NCBI GenBank assembly: GCA_050701075.1
Contig: JBOHEP010000354.1
Coordinates: 1-60,465 of the forward strand
Direction of reading: 5' to 3'
Source of the DNA: Pseudonocardia sp.
GTDB taxonomy: Bacteria > Actinomycetota > Actinomycetes > Mycobacteriales > Pseudonocardiaceae
Length of the DNA stretch: 60,465 bases
How positions within the stretch are numbered: position 1 is the stretch's first letter; every line of letters starts with the position of its first letter. Both the position numbers and the translations under genes were made by a program. Shown here piece by piece: positions 11,480-21,379 of this stretch. The notes under the pieces are model-generated. The model ran no database searches, was not told where the DNA came from, and worked only from the letters and a program-made list of their open reading frames with translations.

Positions 11480-12001
11480 GTGGACGAGGCCGGCGAGCGT
11501 GAGTTCGAGGAGTACTTCCGCGCGCGCCGCGACACGGTGCGCCGCACCGCGTTCCTGCTGTGCGGCGACTGGCACCGCGCCGACGATCATGCGCAGTCCG
11601 CGTTCGTCGCCTTGCACCGGCACTGGCGGCGGATCCGCGACCGGAACGCGCTGGACGCGTGGATGCGTCGCACGCTCGTTCGGGCCGTCGTCGACGAGTC
11701 GCGGCGGCCGTGGCGCCGGGAGCGGGCTGTGGCGTTCTCCGACGCCCCGGAACCCGTGACCGCCGGCGACAGCTCGGACGCCGTGGCCACCCGGCACGCG
11801 CTCGTCGACGGGCTCCGGTCGGTGCCGCCGCGGCAACGCGCCGTGCTCGTGCTCCGGTTCCTGGAAGGGCTCGACGTCGCCGAGACCGCGGATGCGTTGC
11901 GGTGTTCACCGGGCACCGTGAAGAGCCAGACCGCACACGGGCTCGTCGCGTTGCGCGCGGCGCTGGGCGACGCGCTCGACGACCTTCGGCCCGCGGGCTG
12001 A
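11480..12001 (+). CDS. ECF RNA polymerase sigma factor (actinobacterial SigE family)
   Basis: FEEYF..RTAFLLCGDWHRADD region 2; PPRQRAVLVLRF..ETADALRCSPGTVKSQ region 4; GAGGAGG RBS. Confidence 0.92.
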   Translation: MDEAGEREFEEYFRARRDTVRRTAFLLCGDWHRADDHAQSAFVALHRHWRRIRDRNALDAWMRRTLVRAVVDESRRPWRRERAVAFSDAPEPVTAGDSSDAVATRHALVDGLRSVPPRQRAVLVLRFLEGLDVAETADALRCSPGTVKSQTAHGLVALRAALGDALDDLRPAG

Positions 12002-12010
12002 ATCGGGGTG

Positions 12011-12745
12011 ATGGACATGGACAGCGACGACGTGCGGCTGGCTGCGGTGTTCCGCGCCGCGGTCGCCGACGCCGTACCGCCGGCGTCGTTCGACCACGCG
12101 GACGTGGTGGCCGCCTCGCGCCGGGTCACCGCCCGGCGGCGCTCGGCGCTGGCCGGCGGGGCGCTGGCGGTGCTTGCGGTGACAGGTGTGGGGGTGGCGG
12201 GAACGTTGCTGGAGGGTGGGGACAATGAGCAGGTGACGTCGGCGGCACCGGCGAGCGCCCCCGAGGTGGCCGACGACGCGCGTGCGGCGGCACCGGGACC
12301 GGCCTCGGCGGACGTGCCGGAAACGATGCTGTCCGTGCCGCCGCCGGCACCGGGTGCCGCCGGGTCCTGCGCGAACCTGCAGGACCCCGCACTGGGGGAC
12401 CCCGCACTGGGGGACCCCGCACTGCAGGACCTCGCACTGCGGGCGCTGCTCGAGGAGGTGTTGCCGGAGGTGGCCGGTGCCGCCGAGGCTGCGACGACGA
12501 CCGAGTGCCGTCCGGGCGGGGAACGCGGCGTGCATCTGAGGCTCCCCGACGGCCTGTTCTCCGTCGCGTACCTCCCACCGGGCGCCCAAGCGCGTCCGCC
12601 GGAACCGGGCGTGCGGCGGATCAGCGAGCCGACGGCGTCCGGCGGCACCGTCATCGTGATCTCACAGGCGGGGCAGCCCGGTTCGGTCGGGCCGTTCGCG
12701 GACCGGGTGGACGAGGTTGCGACGTATCTGGCGCCGCGCCTGTAG
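12011..12745 (+). CDS. Single-pass membrane protein, putative anti-sigma factor
   Basis: Directly follows the ECF gene; short cytoplasmic N-terminus, RRR + TM helix, Pro/Ala-rich extracellular part with two Cys. Confidence 0.7.
   Translation: MDMDSDDVRLAAVFRAAVADAVPPASFDHADVVAASRRVTARRRSALAGGALAVLAVTGVGVAGTLLEGGDNEQVTSAAPASAPEVADDARAAAPGPASADVPETMLSVPPPAPGAAGSCANLQDPALGDPALGDPALQDLALRALLEEVLPEVAGAAEAATTTECRPGGERGVHLRLPDGLFSVAYLPPGAQARPPEPGVRRISEPTASGGTVIVISQAGQPGSVGPFADRVDEVATYLAPRL
12377..12436 (+). repeat. In-frame 15-bp tandem repeat x4 (LQDPA/LGDPA)
   Basis: CTGCAGGACCCCGCA CTGGGGGACCCCGCA CTGGGGGACCCCGCA CTGCAGGACCTCGCA. Confidence 0.9.
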
Positions 12746-12832
12746 CCCGTCGGCGGTTCGAAAGGCGCCGAGCGATTGATCGATTTTTGGGAACCGTCAG
12801 CCGTGCGGGGTGCGGTTCCGGGTTCCCAGCCG

Positions 12833-12928
12833 GTGATCACGGCACCACCGGAGCCGTGGTGACCTGCCGGAGCCGTGATCACGGCACCACCGGAGCCGTG
12901 GCTACCTGCCGGAGCCGTGGCTACCTGC
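12833..12928. repeat. Compound intergenic tandem repeat (23-bp A and 19-bp B units, A-B-A-B-B')
   Basis: A=GTGATCACGGCACCACCGGAGCC at 12833 and 12875; B=GTGG(TG/CT)ACCTGCCGGAGCC at 12856, 12898, partial 12917. Confidence 0.88.
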
Positions 12929-13124
12929 GAAGATCAGTCTCTCGGTACGGGGAGCCGCACGGAATGCGGTTCCGCGTTCCCGTCCAACGATCATGAAGCT
13001 GGCGGCATGCGCTCCCTCGGCTTCTCACAGGGCCCGTAACGACTGCGAGGAAGCAGTTCGCGCGCGGATCGTGTCGAGAGCTCGCAGGGCCACCAGGCCC
13101 TCGTCGCCCGTAGGCTCCGCATCC

Positions 13125-14552
13125 GTGATCCCCAACGTGCTCGCCGCCCGCTATGCGAGCCCCGAGCTGGTGCGGGTGTGGTCGCCCGAGCACAAGATCG
13201 TCCTGGAGCGCCGGCTCTGGATCGCGGTGCTGCACGCGCAGCGCGAGCTGGGTGTGGACGTGCCGGCAGCGGTGATCGCGGACTACGAGCGGGTCGTCGA
13301 GCAGGTGGACCTGGCCTCGATCGCCGCCCGCGAGCGCGTCACCCGCCATGACGTGAAGGCCCGGATCGAGGAGTTCAACGCCCTCGCCGGGCACGAGCAC
13401 GTCCACAAGGGGCTGACCAGCCGCGACCTCACCGAGAACGTCGAGCAGCTCCAGATCCGGCTCTCGCTCACCCACGTCCGTGACCGCACCATCGCTGTCC
13501 TCGCCCGGCTCGCCCGGCGGGCCGCTGAGCACGCCGAGCTCGTCATCGCCGGGCGCAGCCACAACGTCGCCGCCCAGGCCACGACGCTGGGCAAGCGGTT
13601 CGCCTCCGCCGCCGACGAGCTGCTCATCGCGTTCGCCCGGCTGGAGGACCTGCGCGCCCGCTACCCACTGCGCGGGATCAAGGGCCCGGTCGGCACCGCA
13701 CAGGACATGCTCGACCTGCTGGGCGGCGACAGCGCGAAGCTCGCAGACCTCGAGCGCCGCGTCGCCGTGCATCTCGGGTTCGACGCCGCGATGACCAGCG
13801 TGGGTCAGGTCTACCCCCGCTCGTTGGACCACGACGTGCTCAGCGCGCTGGTGCAGCTCGCCGCTGCACCGTCGTCGCTCGCCCTGACGATCCGGTTGAT
13901 GGCCGGCGCCGAGCTGGCCACGGAAGGATTCCAGCCGGGCCAGGTCGGGTCGTCCGCGATGCCGCACAAGATGAACTCGCGTTCCGCGGAACGCATCAAC
14001 GGGCTGCTGGTGGCACTGCGCGGCTATGCCGGGATGGCCGCCGAGCTCGCCGGGGCGCAGTGGAACGAGGGCGACGTCTCCGACTCGGTGGTCCGCCGGG
14101 TCGCGCTGCCCGATGCGTTCTTCGCCCTCGACGGCCTGTTCGAGACCACCCTGACCGTGCTCGACGAGTTCGGCGCCTACCCTGCCGTGATCGCCCGCGA
14201 GCTGGACCGCTACCTCCCGTTCCTCGCCACGACCGCGGTGCTGATGGCCGCTGTGCGCGCCGGCGTGGGCCGGGAGGTCGCCCACAAGGTGATCAAGGAA
14301 CACGCCGTGGGCGTCGCGCTGGCCATGCGCGAGAGGGGCCAGGCCGACAACGACCTGGTCGCCCGCCTCGCCGGGGACGAGCGGCTCGGGCTGCCCCCGG
14401 CCTTCCTCGACGGGCTGCTCACCGATCCGCTGTCGTTCACCGGTGCGGCCACCGGCCAGGTCGCCGCCGTCGTCGCGCGGGTGCGGGAGATCGTCGACGC
14501 CCACCCCGATGGCGACGCAGCCGCCGCGTACGTCCCCTGGGCGATCCTGTGA
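13125..14552 (+). CDS. purB: Adenylosuccinate lyase
   Basis: IPNVLAARYAS, RHDVKARIEEF, GSSAMPHKMN signature. Confidence 0.96.
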   Translation: MIPNVLAARYASPELVRVWSPEHKIVLERRLWIAVLHAQRELGVDVPAAVIADYERVVEQVDLASIAARERVTRHDVKARIEEFNALAGHEHVHKGLTSRDLTENVEQLQIRLSLTHVRDRTIAVLARLARRAAEHAELVIAGRSHNVAAQATTLGKRFASAADELLIAFARLEDLRARYPLRGIKGPVGTAQDMLDLLGGDSAKLADLERRVAVHLGFDAAMTSVGQVYPRSLDHDVLSALVQLAAAPSSLALTIRLMAGAELATEGFQPGQVGSSAMPHKMNSRSAERINGLLVALRGYAGMAAELAGAQWNEGDVSDSVVRRVALPDAFFALDGLFETTLTVLDEFGAYPAVIARELDRYLPFLATTAVLMAAVRAGVGREVAHKVIKEHAVGVALAMRERGQADNDLVARLAGDERLGLPPAFLDGLLTDPLSFTGAATGQVAAVVARVREIVDAHPDGDAAAAYVPWAIL

Positions 14553-15409
14553 AGCTGCTGCACTCGGGCAAGGTCCGCGATGTCTACGCCGTCGACGGGG
14601 CGGACGGCCCCGACCTGCTGCTCGTCGCGTCGGACCGGCTCTCGATCTACGACGTCGTGCTGCCAACCCCGGTGCCGGACAAGGGCGTTGTGCTCACCCA
14701 GCTCTCACTCTGGTGGTTCGACCGGCTGGCCGACGTGGTGGCGCACCACGTGATCTCTGCCACCGACGTCCCAGGGGAGTTCGCCGGGCGGGCGATCCGC
14801 TGCCGCCGGCTGGAGATGCTGCCGGTCGAGTGCATCGCCCGCGGCTACCTCGCCGGCCTGGGGCTTCGGGAGTACGAGTGCCACGGCACGATCTCCGGTG
14901 TCGCGCTGCCGCCCGGGCTCGTCGAAGGCTCGAAGCTGCCCCGGCCGATCTTCACCCCGACCACCAAGGCGCCGATCGGCGAGCATGACGAGTTCCTGAC
15001 GTTCGACGACGTCACCGGTCTGGTCGGGGCGCAGGTGGCAGCCCGGCTGCGCGACCTCACCCTCGCCGTGTACACCCGCGGTGCCGACATCGCGGCGACC
15101 GCAGGGCTCCTCGTCGCGGACACCAAGCTGGAGTTCGGGCTCGGGGCGGGCGGGGAGATCGTGCTCGGCGACGAGGTGCTCACCCCGGACTCGTCGCGGT
15201 TCTGGCCGGCCGAGGGCTGGGTCCCGGGCAGGGCGCAGTTCTCCTTCGACAAGCAGTACGTCCGGGACTGGTCCGTGACCGTCGGCTGGGACCGCACGCC
15301 GCCCGGTCCCGAGGTGCCGGCCGAGGTCGTCGACGCCACGCGAGCGCGGTACGTCGAGGTATACGAACGGATCACCGGTAAGCGGTTCTCACTGTTTCCA
15401 CAGGGATAA
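14549..15409 (+). CDS. purC: Phosphoribosylaminoimidazole-succinocarboxamide synthase
   Basis: SGKVRDVY, SDRLSIYD, ECIARGYL, DTKLEFG, DEVLTPDSSRFW, FDKQYVRD; GTGA overlap with purB stop. Confidence 0.96.
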   Translation: MKLLHSGKVRDVYAVDGADGPDLLLVASDRLSIYDVVLPTPVPDKGVVLTQLSLWWFDRLADVVAHHVISATDVPGEFAGRAIRCRRLEMLPVECIARGYLAGLGLREYECHGTISGVALPPGLVEGSKLPRPIFTPTTKAPIGEHDEFLTFDDVTGLVGAQVAARLRDLTLAVYTRGADIAATAGLLVADTKLEFGLGAGGEIVLGDEVLTPDSSRFWPAEGWVPGRAQFSFDKQYVRDWSVTVGWDRTPPGPEVPAEVVDATRARYVEVYERITGKRFSLFPQG

Positions 15410-15454
15410 CGCTGCTACTGCACCGTGTTCATCCCGGTGTGCTGACCTTGGTAC

Positions 15455-16210
15455 ATGGCTGCTCGGCTGGTCCTGTCGCTTTCCGGACTCCCGCACGACG
15501 ACCAGGAGCTGCTTGCTCGCGGCGCCGAGTTCGCCGCCGAGCTCGACGGTCGCGGCGTCGCGCTGTCGCACCTGTTCCGTCCCCGCGGCCCGGCCGGCCC
15601 GGCGACGGCGGACTCGCCGCTCGTGCGTTGGCTGCACGCGCGCGCTGACGCCGTCGTCCTGCACGGCTACGACCACGCTCCCGATCCGCTCGGCTCCGGG
15701 CCGCTGGCCCGGGTCGGTCGGCGGGCCGAGTTCTCCGGCCTGCCCCGGCACGAGGCGGGCCTGCGCCTGATCGCGGCGCGTCGGGTGCTCACCGAGGTGG
15801 GGCTGCGTACCGACGCATTCGTCCCGCCGCGCTGGCTCGCCTCGGCCGGCACCGTCGAGGCGCTGCGCGAACAGCGGTTCGCGGTGTGCGCCGACGAGAC
15901 CGGGGTGCACCTGCTGCGAGGACCCGATCCGGTGCTGCGGGCCCGGGTCCTGGGGTTCCGGGCATCGGGGGAGAGGCGCCCGGTGGCCGACGACCGCCGG
16001 GCCGCGGAGACGTGGCGGGCCCGGGTGCTCGTGGCCGAGGCCGTGCGTACCGCTCGCCGGGAGGGGCTCGTGCGGATCAACGTGCGAGCCAAGGACCTCA
16101 AGCGCGACATCCGCGTCGAGGCGGCGCTCGCCACGGTCGAGGCCGTGCTGCTGCTCGGCGCCGAACCGACCACCTACCGGGAGTTGGCTGCAACGGCCCG
16201 CGCCGCCTGA
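15455..16210 (+). CDS. DUF2334 / polysaccharide deacetylase-like protein
   Basis: VLHGYDH, AEF..L, FVPPRWLAS motifs; conserved position between purC and purS in actinobacteria. Confidence 0.75.
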   Translation: MAARLVLSLSGLPHDDQELLARGAEFAAELDGRGVALSHLFRPRGPAGPATADSPLVRWLHARADAVVLHGYDHAPDPLGSGPLARVGRRAEFSGLPRHEAGLRLIAARRVLTEVGLRTDAFVPPRWLASAGTVEALREQRFAVCADETGVHLLRGPDPVLRARVLGFRASGERRPVADDRRAAETWRARVLVAEAVRTARREGLVRINVRAKDLKRDIRVEAALATVEAVLLLGAEPTTYRELAATARAA

Positions 16211-16229
16211 GACCCGACCGCCCCCACCA

Positions 16230-16314
16230 CACAGGCGTTGTCGCGCCCGAACAGGCGTCCGGGTGCCTGTGCGGGCCCGACGGTGCCTGTGCGGCCCCGA
16301 CGGTGCTTGTGCGG
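16230..16314. repeat. 20-bp unit repeat: three direct copies preceded by inverted copies (REP-like hairpin)
   Basis: GGTGCCTGTGCGG(G/C)CCCGAC at 16262, 16282, partial 16302; 16230-16259 is complementary allowing G-U pairs. Confidence 0.75.
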
Positions 16315-16391
16315 TGCCGCTGTCGACGACCTCAGGGACCGCCGGCATCGCCATGTCAGCAGGATTACCGACCCGAGTGGCTGAACGGCAA

Positions 16392-16427
16392 CGATGTTCG
16401 CCGTAGGCTCGATGTTCGCCGTAGGCT
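16392..16427 (+). promoter_or_regulatory. Perfect 18-bp tandem duplication containing the putative -10 box (TAGGCT) of purS
   Basis: CGATGTTCGCCGTAGGCT x2; second TAGGCT is 7 nt before GTG 16435. Confidence 0.7.
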
Positions 16428-16434
16428 CGACACC

Positions 16435-16668
16435 GTGGTCAGAGTCGTGGTGGACGTCATGCCGAAGCCCGAGATCCTCGACCCGCAGGGCCAGGCGGTC
16501 GCGGGGGCGCTGGCCCGCCTCGGCATCAGCGGGGTCGCCGATGTGCGGCAGGGCAAGCATTTCGAGCTCGACGTCGACGAGTCGGTCGACGACGAGACGT
16601 TGCATCGCATCGCGGGCAACCTGCTGGCCAACCCGGTGATCGAGGATTGGACGGTGACGCGGGGGTGA
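16435..16668 (+). CDS. purS: FGAM synthase subunit PurS
   Basis: [34 protein letters not shown]. Confidence 0.95.
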   Translation: MVRVVVDVMPKPEILDPQGQAVAGALARLGISGVADVRQGKHFELDVDESVDDETLHRIAGNLLANPVIEDWTVTRG

Positions 16669-17333
16669 GGATCGGTGTGATCACCTTCCCCGGCACTCTC
16701 GACGACGTCGACGCGACCCGCGCCGTCCGCTACGCCGGCGGGGAGCCCGTCGCCCTCTGGCACGCCGACCGCGACCTGCGCGGCGTCGAGGCCGTGATCG
16801 TGCCCGGCGGGTTCTCCTACGGCGACTACCTGCGCGCCGGGGCGATCGCCGGCCTGGCACCGATCATGACCGAGGTGGTCGCCGCGACCGGTCAGGGGCT
16901 CCCGGTGCTCGGCATCTGCAACGGTTTCCAGATCCTCTGCGAGGCGGGGCTGCTGCCCGGAGCGCTCGTGCGCAACTCGGGGCTGCGCTTCGTATGCCGG
17001 GACCAGCGGTTACGGGTGGAGTCCACGGCCACCGTCTGGACCGCCGGCTACCAGGAGGGCCAGGAGATCCTGGTGCCGATCAAACACGCTGATGGCCGAT
17101 ACGTCGCCGACGCCGCCACGTTGGCGGAGCTGGACGGGGAGGGCCGGGTGGTTTTCCGCTACACGGGCGGCAATCCCAACGGTGCGCTCGGTGACATCGC
17201 GGGGATCAGCTCACCCGACGGCCGCGTCGTCGGGCTGATGCCGCACCCTGAACACGCGATCGATCCGGTCTACGGCCCGTCGGCCGATGGGTTGGGCATT
17301 TTCACCTCGGTGCTGAGCGCGGCGACGGCCTGA
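16665..17333 (+). CDS. purQ: FGAM synthase glutaminase subunit PurQ
   Basis: [36 protein letters not shown]. Confidence 0.96.
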   Translation: MRIGVITFPGTLDDVDATRAVRYAGGEPVALWHADRDLRGVEAVIVPGGFSYGDYLRAGAIAGLAPIMTEVVAATGQGLPVLGICNGFQILCEAGLLPGALVRNSGLRFVCRDQRLRVESTATVWTAGYQEGQEILVPIKHADGRYVADAATLAELDGEGRVVFRYTGGNPNGALGDIAGISSPDGRVVGLMPHPEHAIDPVYGPSADGLGIFTSVLSAATA

Positions 17334-17477
17334 GACCGGTGGGACGGGGTCGGCCGCGGGCGCTCGCGCTCGGCGAAAGTGATCGACCACATGGGGGATA
17401 GGCTGCGGCGTCCGCCGTCGATCCGACCCGGCTTCGCCGGTGCGGTGGGGCCGGTGCGGTGAGGAGGATGCGCGTCC

Positions 17478-18710
17478 GTGGTCGAACTGCCGACGTCACC
17501 GGCCGGTGCCCCGGCGGCGCTGCGCGGGCGCCGTGTCCTCCTGGTCGAGGACGACCCGGGGGATGCGTTCCTCGTGGGGGAGCTGCTCGCCGAGGTGGAT
17601 CCGGAGCTGGAGCTCGCGGTCGCGACATCGGTGACCGAGGTGCTCGACCGCGGCCTGCTGGCCCGCTGTGACTGCGTGCTGCTGGACCTGAACCTTCCCG
17701 GCACGGAAGGTCTCGACGGATTGCGGGCGATCCTGCGGGAGGACGCCAACGCTGCGGTGTGCGTCCTGACCGGCCTGGACGACGAGTACCTCGGTGTCGC
17801 CGCGGTGGCCGGGGGCGCGCAGGACTACCTGGTCAAGGGCAAGGCGGACGGCCAGGTGTTGATCCGGGCCATCCGCTACGCCGTCGAGCGCCGGCGAGCC
17901 GAGGCGAGCCTGCTGCGGCTGCGCGAGGAACGCCTGGTCGCGGCGGAGTCGGCGCGGTTGGAACGTGGGCTGTTGCCCTCCCCGCTGCTCACCGGTAGCT
18001 CCGTTGCCGCACGATCCTTCTACCGCTCGGGCCGCACCCGTGCCGTCATCGGCGGCGACTTCTTCGACGCGGTGCTCGGCCCGTCGGGTGCGGTGTACGC
18101 GATCGTCGGCGACGTGTGCGGTCACGGCCCGGACGAGGCGGCCCTCGGCGCGTTGCTGCGGGTGTCGTGGCGGGCCCTGGTGCTCGCCGGAGTGGATGAG
18201 CCGCGGCTGCTGCCCAACCTGCAGCAGGTGTTGGTCAGCGAGCGACACGAGCACCGGCTGTTCACCACCGCCTGCACCGCGGTCATCACTCCGGCCGCGG
18301 CAGGCGGGCACGAGGTACTGGTGCGCCTGGCCGGGCACCCGCCGCCGGTGTCACTGCGGCCGTTCGCGACCACCATCACGACCCACGTCGGCCTTCCCCT
18401 CGGCATCGCGAACGACGCCGAATGGGAGCCCGTGCGCCGCCGGCTGGACCCCGGTTGGGCGCTGTTGCTGTACACCGACGGTCTGATCGAGGGTCGGGCG
18501 CGGGTGCCGGAGGAACTGTTGTGGGAGGAAGGGTTGCTCGAGGTGTTGGGTGAGGAGCGGGCGACCGACCCAGAGCTGCTGCCGCTGCGACTCGTGGAAC
18601 GGGCACAGCAGATCAACGGTGGCCCGCTGGTCGACGACGTCGCGATCCTGCTGTTGTCCGCCAACGGGGCGGCTGCTGACCCGGCTCTTCCGGACCCCCA
18701 TCGTGGCTGA
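17478..18710 (+). CDS. Receiver domain + SpoIIE/PP2C phosphatase (RsbU/RsbP-like)
   Basis: LLVEDD..LLDLNLP..GAQDYLVK receiver; GGDFFD, GDVCGHG, AGHPPP, LYTDGLIE, DDVAIL PP2C motifs. Confidence 0.92.
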   Translation: MVELPTSPAGAPAALRGRRVLLVEDDPGDAFLVGELLAEVDPELELAVATSVTEVLDRGLLARCDCVLLDLNLPGTEGLDGLRAILREDANAAVCVLTGLDDEYLGVAAVAGGAQDYLVKGKADGQVLIRAIRYAVERRRAEASLLRLREERLVAAESARLERGLLPSPLLTGSSVAARSFYRSGRTRAVIGGDFFDAVLGPSGAVYAIVGDVCGHGPDEAALGALLRVSWRALVLAGVDEPRLLPNLQQVLVSERHEHRLFTTACTAVITPAAAGGHEVLVRLAGHPPPVSLRPFATTITTHVGLPLGIANDAEWEPVRRRLDPGWALLLYTDGLIEGRARVPEELLWEEGLLEVLGEERATDPELLPLRLVERAQQINGGPLVDDVAILLLSANGAAADPALPDPHRG

Positions 18711-20337
18711 CGGCGCGGCCGTGCCCGCCGGACACCTCAGGTCACGGCCGTTGCGTCGGCGCCTGCGCGGCCCGATCCGGGAGACCCGGAGATGGCCGCT
18801 GAGCCGCCTGTTCGCGATCGCCGCCGCAGGCACGGCACTTCTCGGGCTGCTTGCCGTCGTACTCGGCGCCTTGGCGTTGAGCCGGTTGTCATCGGCGCGG
18901 TCGGCGATTCTCGATGAGGTCACTCCTGCCCTGGTCACGGGCCAGCAGCTGTCGGTCGACCTGCTCAACCAGGAAACCGGTGTCCGCGGCTTCAGCCTCA
19001 CCCGGAACGAGGAGTTCCTGGGCCCTTACGTGATGGGTCAGGCGGCCCGCCGGCAGTCGAGCGCGACCTTGCGAACGCTGTCCTCCGCGGAGAACCTCGT
19101 CGACCTTGACCTGAACCTCGACCGTGTCGAACAGGCGGTTCAGCGGTGGCGCACTGATTTCGCCGAGCCCACGATCGCCGCCGGCCGGGCGGCGCCGGGC
19201 ACGACGACCGCCCCCGACCCGGAGGTGGGCCGCGCTCTGTTCACCGACGTCCGCCTCGCCGTCGACGCCGTGCTGGACGACCTGCGGGCCGCGCAGGTGG
19301 CCGCCCGGCAGCGGCTCGAAGACGCATCGGCCTCCCTGCTGGCCATCGCCGTGGCCGCCGCCGCCGCGGTGGGCGGGTTCCTGCTGATCGTCGGTACCGG
19401 ACTGCAACTGGCGGTGCTGCGGCCCGTCTCGTTGCTGGCCGGTCAGGTCCGCGAGGTGGTCTCCGGGAGCGTCGAGAACGAGGTGCGGGCCGGCGGGCCG
19501 CGGGAGATCGCCGGGCTGGGCGAGGACGTCGAGGCGATGCGCAGGCACATCCTGCGCGAGCTCGAGGTTCTCCGGCAGACCAACCAGCGCCTCGACGACC
19601 AGGCCCGCGACCTGGAGCGGTCCAACCGCGACCTCGAGCAGTTCGCCTACGTGGCAAGCCACGACCTGCAGGAGCCGCTGCGCAAGGTGTCGAGTTTCTG
19701 CCAGCTCCTGAAGCGTCGGTACGGAGGCGAGCTCGACGACCGGGCCGACCAGTACATCGACTTCGCCGTCGACGGCGCGCAGCGCATGCAACGGCTGATC
19801 AACGATCTGCTCACCTTCTCCCGGATCGGGCGCACCTCCGAGGGTTTTCAGCCGATCGATCTGGGTGCGGTCGCGGCCGCGGCAGCCGCCCAACTGGAGG
19901 TGGTGCGCGCGGAGGTGAACGGCGAGATCGTGATCGGTGAGCTCCCCGACCTGCTCGGTGACCCCACATTGCTGCGGCAACTGCTCACCAACCTCATCGG
20001 CAACGGCCTGAAATTCCACCGGGACGGTGTTGAGCCGGTGGTCCGGGTGAGCGCCGAGCAGGCCGGCGAGGTCTGGGAGATCGCCGTCGCCGACAACGGG
20101 ATCGGCATCGATCCCGAGTATGCCGACAAGGTGTTCGTGATCTTCCAGCGCCTGCACGGCCGCGACCTCTACCCGGGCACGGGCATCGGACTCGCGCTCG
20201 CCAAGAAGATCGTCGAGTTCCACGACGGGCGGATCTGGCTGGACACCGGCTCGCCGGGCGGGCCCGGCACCACGATCCGGTTCACCCTGCCCGCAACGAA
20301 ATCCGACCACGAGGAGACCCCGAGTGCCCTCCACTGA
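18703..20337 (+). CDS. Membrane sensor histidine kinase (CHASE3-HAMP-HisKA-HATPase)
   Basis: [16 protein letters not shown] (CHASE3), [22 protein letters not shown]-box, [22 protein letters not shown]. Confidence 0.93.
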   Translation: MADGAAVPAGHLRSRPLRRRLRGPIRETRRWPLSRLFAIAAAGTALLGLLAVVLGALALSRLSSARSAILDEVTPALVTGQQLSVDLLNQETGVRGFSLTRNEEFLGPYVMGQAARRQSSATLRTLSSAENLVDLDLNLDRVEQAVQRWRTDFAEPTIAAGRAAPGTTTAPDPEVGRALFTDVRLAVDAVLDDLRAAQVAARQRLEDASASLLAIAVAAAAAVGGFLLIVGTGLQLAVLRPVSLLAGQVREVVSGSVENEVRAGGPREIAGLGEDVEAMRRHILRELEVLRQTNQRLDDQARDLERSNRDLEQFAYVASHDLQEPLRKVSSFCQLLKRRYGGELDDRADQYIDFAVDGAQRMQRLINDLLTFSRIGRTSEGFQPIDLGAVAAAAAAQLEVVRAEVNGEIVIGELPDLLGDPTLLRQLLTNLIGNGLKFHRDGVEPVVRVSAEQAGEVWEIAVADNGIGIDPEYADKVFVIFQRLHGRDLYPGTGIGLALAKKIVEFHDGRIWLDTGSPGGPGTTIRFTLPATKSDHEETPSALH

Positions 20338-20764
20338 CGCGCGAACGATCAATGTGCTGCTGGTCGAGGACGATCCCGGCGACGTGCTGATGACCCGCGA
20401 GGCGTTCGACGACTATCTGCACAACCGCCTCGACGTGGTCACCGACGGTGTGCTGGCGTTGGCCTACCTGCGCCGGGAGGGTCCTTACGCCGACGCGCCG
20501 CGCCCGGATCTCGTCCTGCTCGATCTCAACCTTCCCCGCCGCGACGGCCGCCAGGTGCTGGCGGAGATCAAGGACGACCCCGACCTGCGACACATCCCGG
20601 TGATCGTGCTCACCACCTCGCAGGCCGAGGAGGACGTGCTCCGCAGCTACCAGCTGCACGCCAACGCCTACGTGACCAAGCCCGTCGACTTCGAGGGCTT
20701 CCTCGAGGCGATCAAGCAGATCGACCACTTCTTCGTGAGCGTCGTGCAGCTGCCCAAGCCGTGA
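20324..20764 (+). CDS. Single-domain response regulator (Rcp1-like)
   Basis: [33 protein letters not shown]. Confidence 0.93.
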   Translation: MPSTDARTINVLLVEDDPGDVLMTREAFDDYLHNRLDVVTDGVLALAYLRREGPYADAPRPDLVLLDLNLPRRDGRQVLAEIKDDPDLRHIPVIVLTTSQAEEDVLRSYQLHANAYVTKPVDFEGFLEAIKQIDHFFVSVVQLPKP

Positions 20765-20884
20765 TGTAGCGCGGTCTCGGCGACCAAGAGATCGGGAATC
20801 GGGATCCGCTGCCACATCCCGTGGTGGTGGGCCGCCACATCTCGTCCGAGGCGAGCACGTCGACGTCGACCGACACGACCAGGA

Positions 20885-21097
20885 TCAGGCAGCGGGCGGA
20901 TCGTCCCGGCGTCGCACCTTCTCGTCGAGCTTGCGGAGGAAATCGGGATCGTCGTCAGGCCCGGACACGCGGGGACGGCGATCGGGCCGCGCCTGCCCGT
21001 GGGAAGGCAACGGTTCGTCGCCGCGGACGGTGTTCATCGCCCTCCACAGCACCAGTGCGATGATTGCGGCGCCGATGAACGCGATGAGGAACAGCAT
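20885..21097 (-). CDS. Small membrane-anchored protein with PDDDPDFL motif
   Basis: N-terminal TM helix, GPDDDPDFLRKL motif seen in small actinobacterial proteins near men genes; GGAGG RBS. Confidence 0.78.
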   Translation of the reverse strand: MLFLIAFIGAAIIALVLWRAMNTVRGDEPLPSHGQARPDRRPRVSGPDDDPDFLRKLDEKVRRRDDPPAA

Positions 21098-21145
21098 GTG
21101 CACCACCTCCAGTGTCGAGGTTAACCGAGTGCGGGCAACGACGGG

Positions 21146-21379
21146 TTACATAGTCGCCCTTCGGGCCGGGACGGGCGCAACGGTGGCGCCGCTGGTGAGG
21201 TCGGCGAGCATCGTGCGCACCTCGGACTCCCAGAACCGGCGGTGTCCGCCTGGGGTACGGATCGAACCGATCCGCCCCCCAGCCGCCCACCTCGTGACGG
21301 TCCTGGGGCCGACGTGGAACAGGACGGCCACCTCACCGGGGGTGAGCAGGCGGTCGCCGTCGCGGTTCGGTGCTGACAT
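21146..21379 (-). CDS. bldC: BldC-family (MerR-like HTH) DNA-binding protein
   Basis: LLTPGEVAVLF.V.PRTVTRWA..GRI.SIRTPGGHRRF; GGAGG RBS before ATG 21379. Confidence 0.88.
   Translation of the reverse strand: MSAPNRDGDRLLTPGEVAVLFHVGPRTVTRWAAGGRIGSIRTPGGHRRFWESEVRTMLADLTSGATVAPVPARRATM

Noticed and set aside
12833..12928. Possible mini CRISPR array (also 5321-5372 and 16262-16314)
   Set aside because: Units are adjacent with no unique spacers, and no cas genes are present
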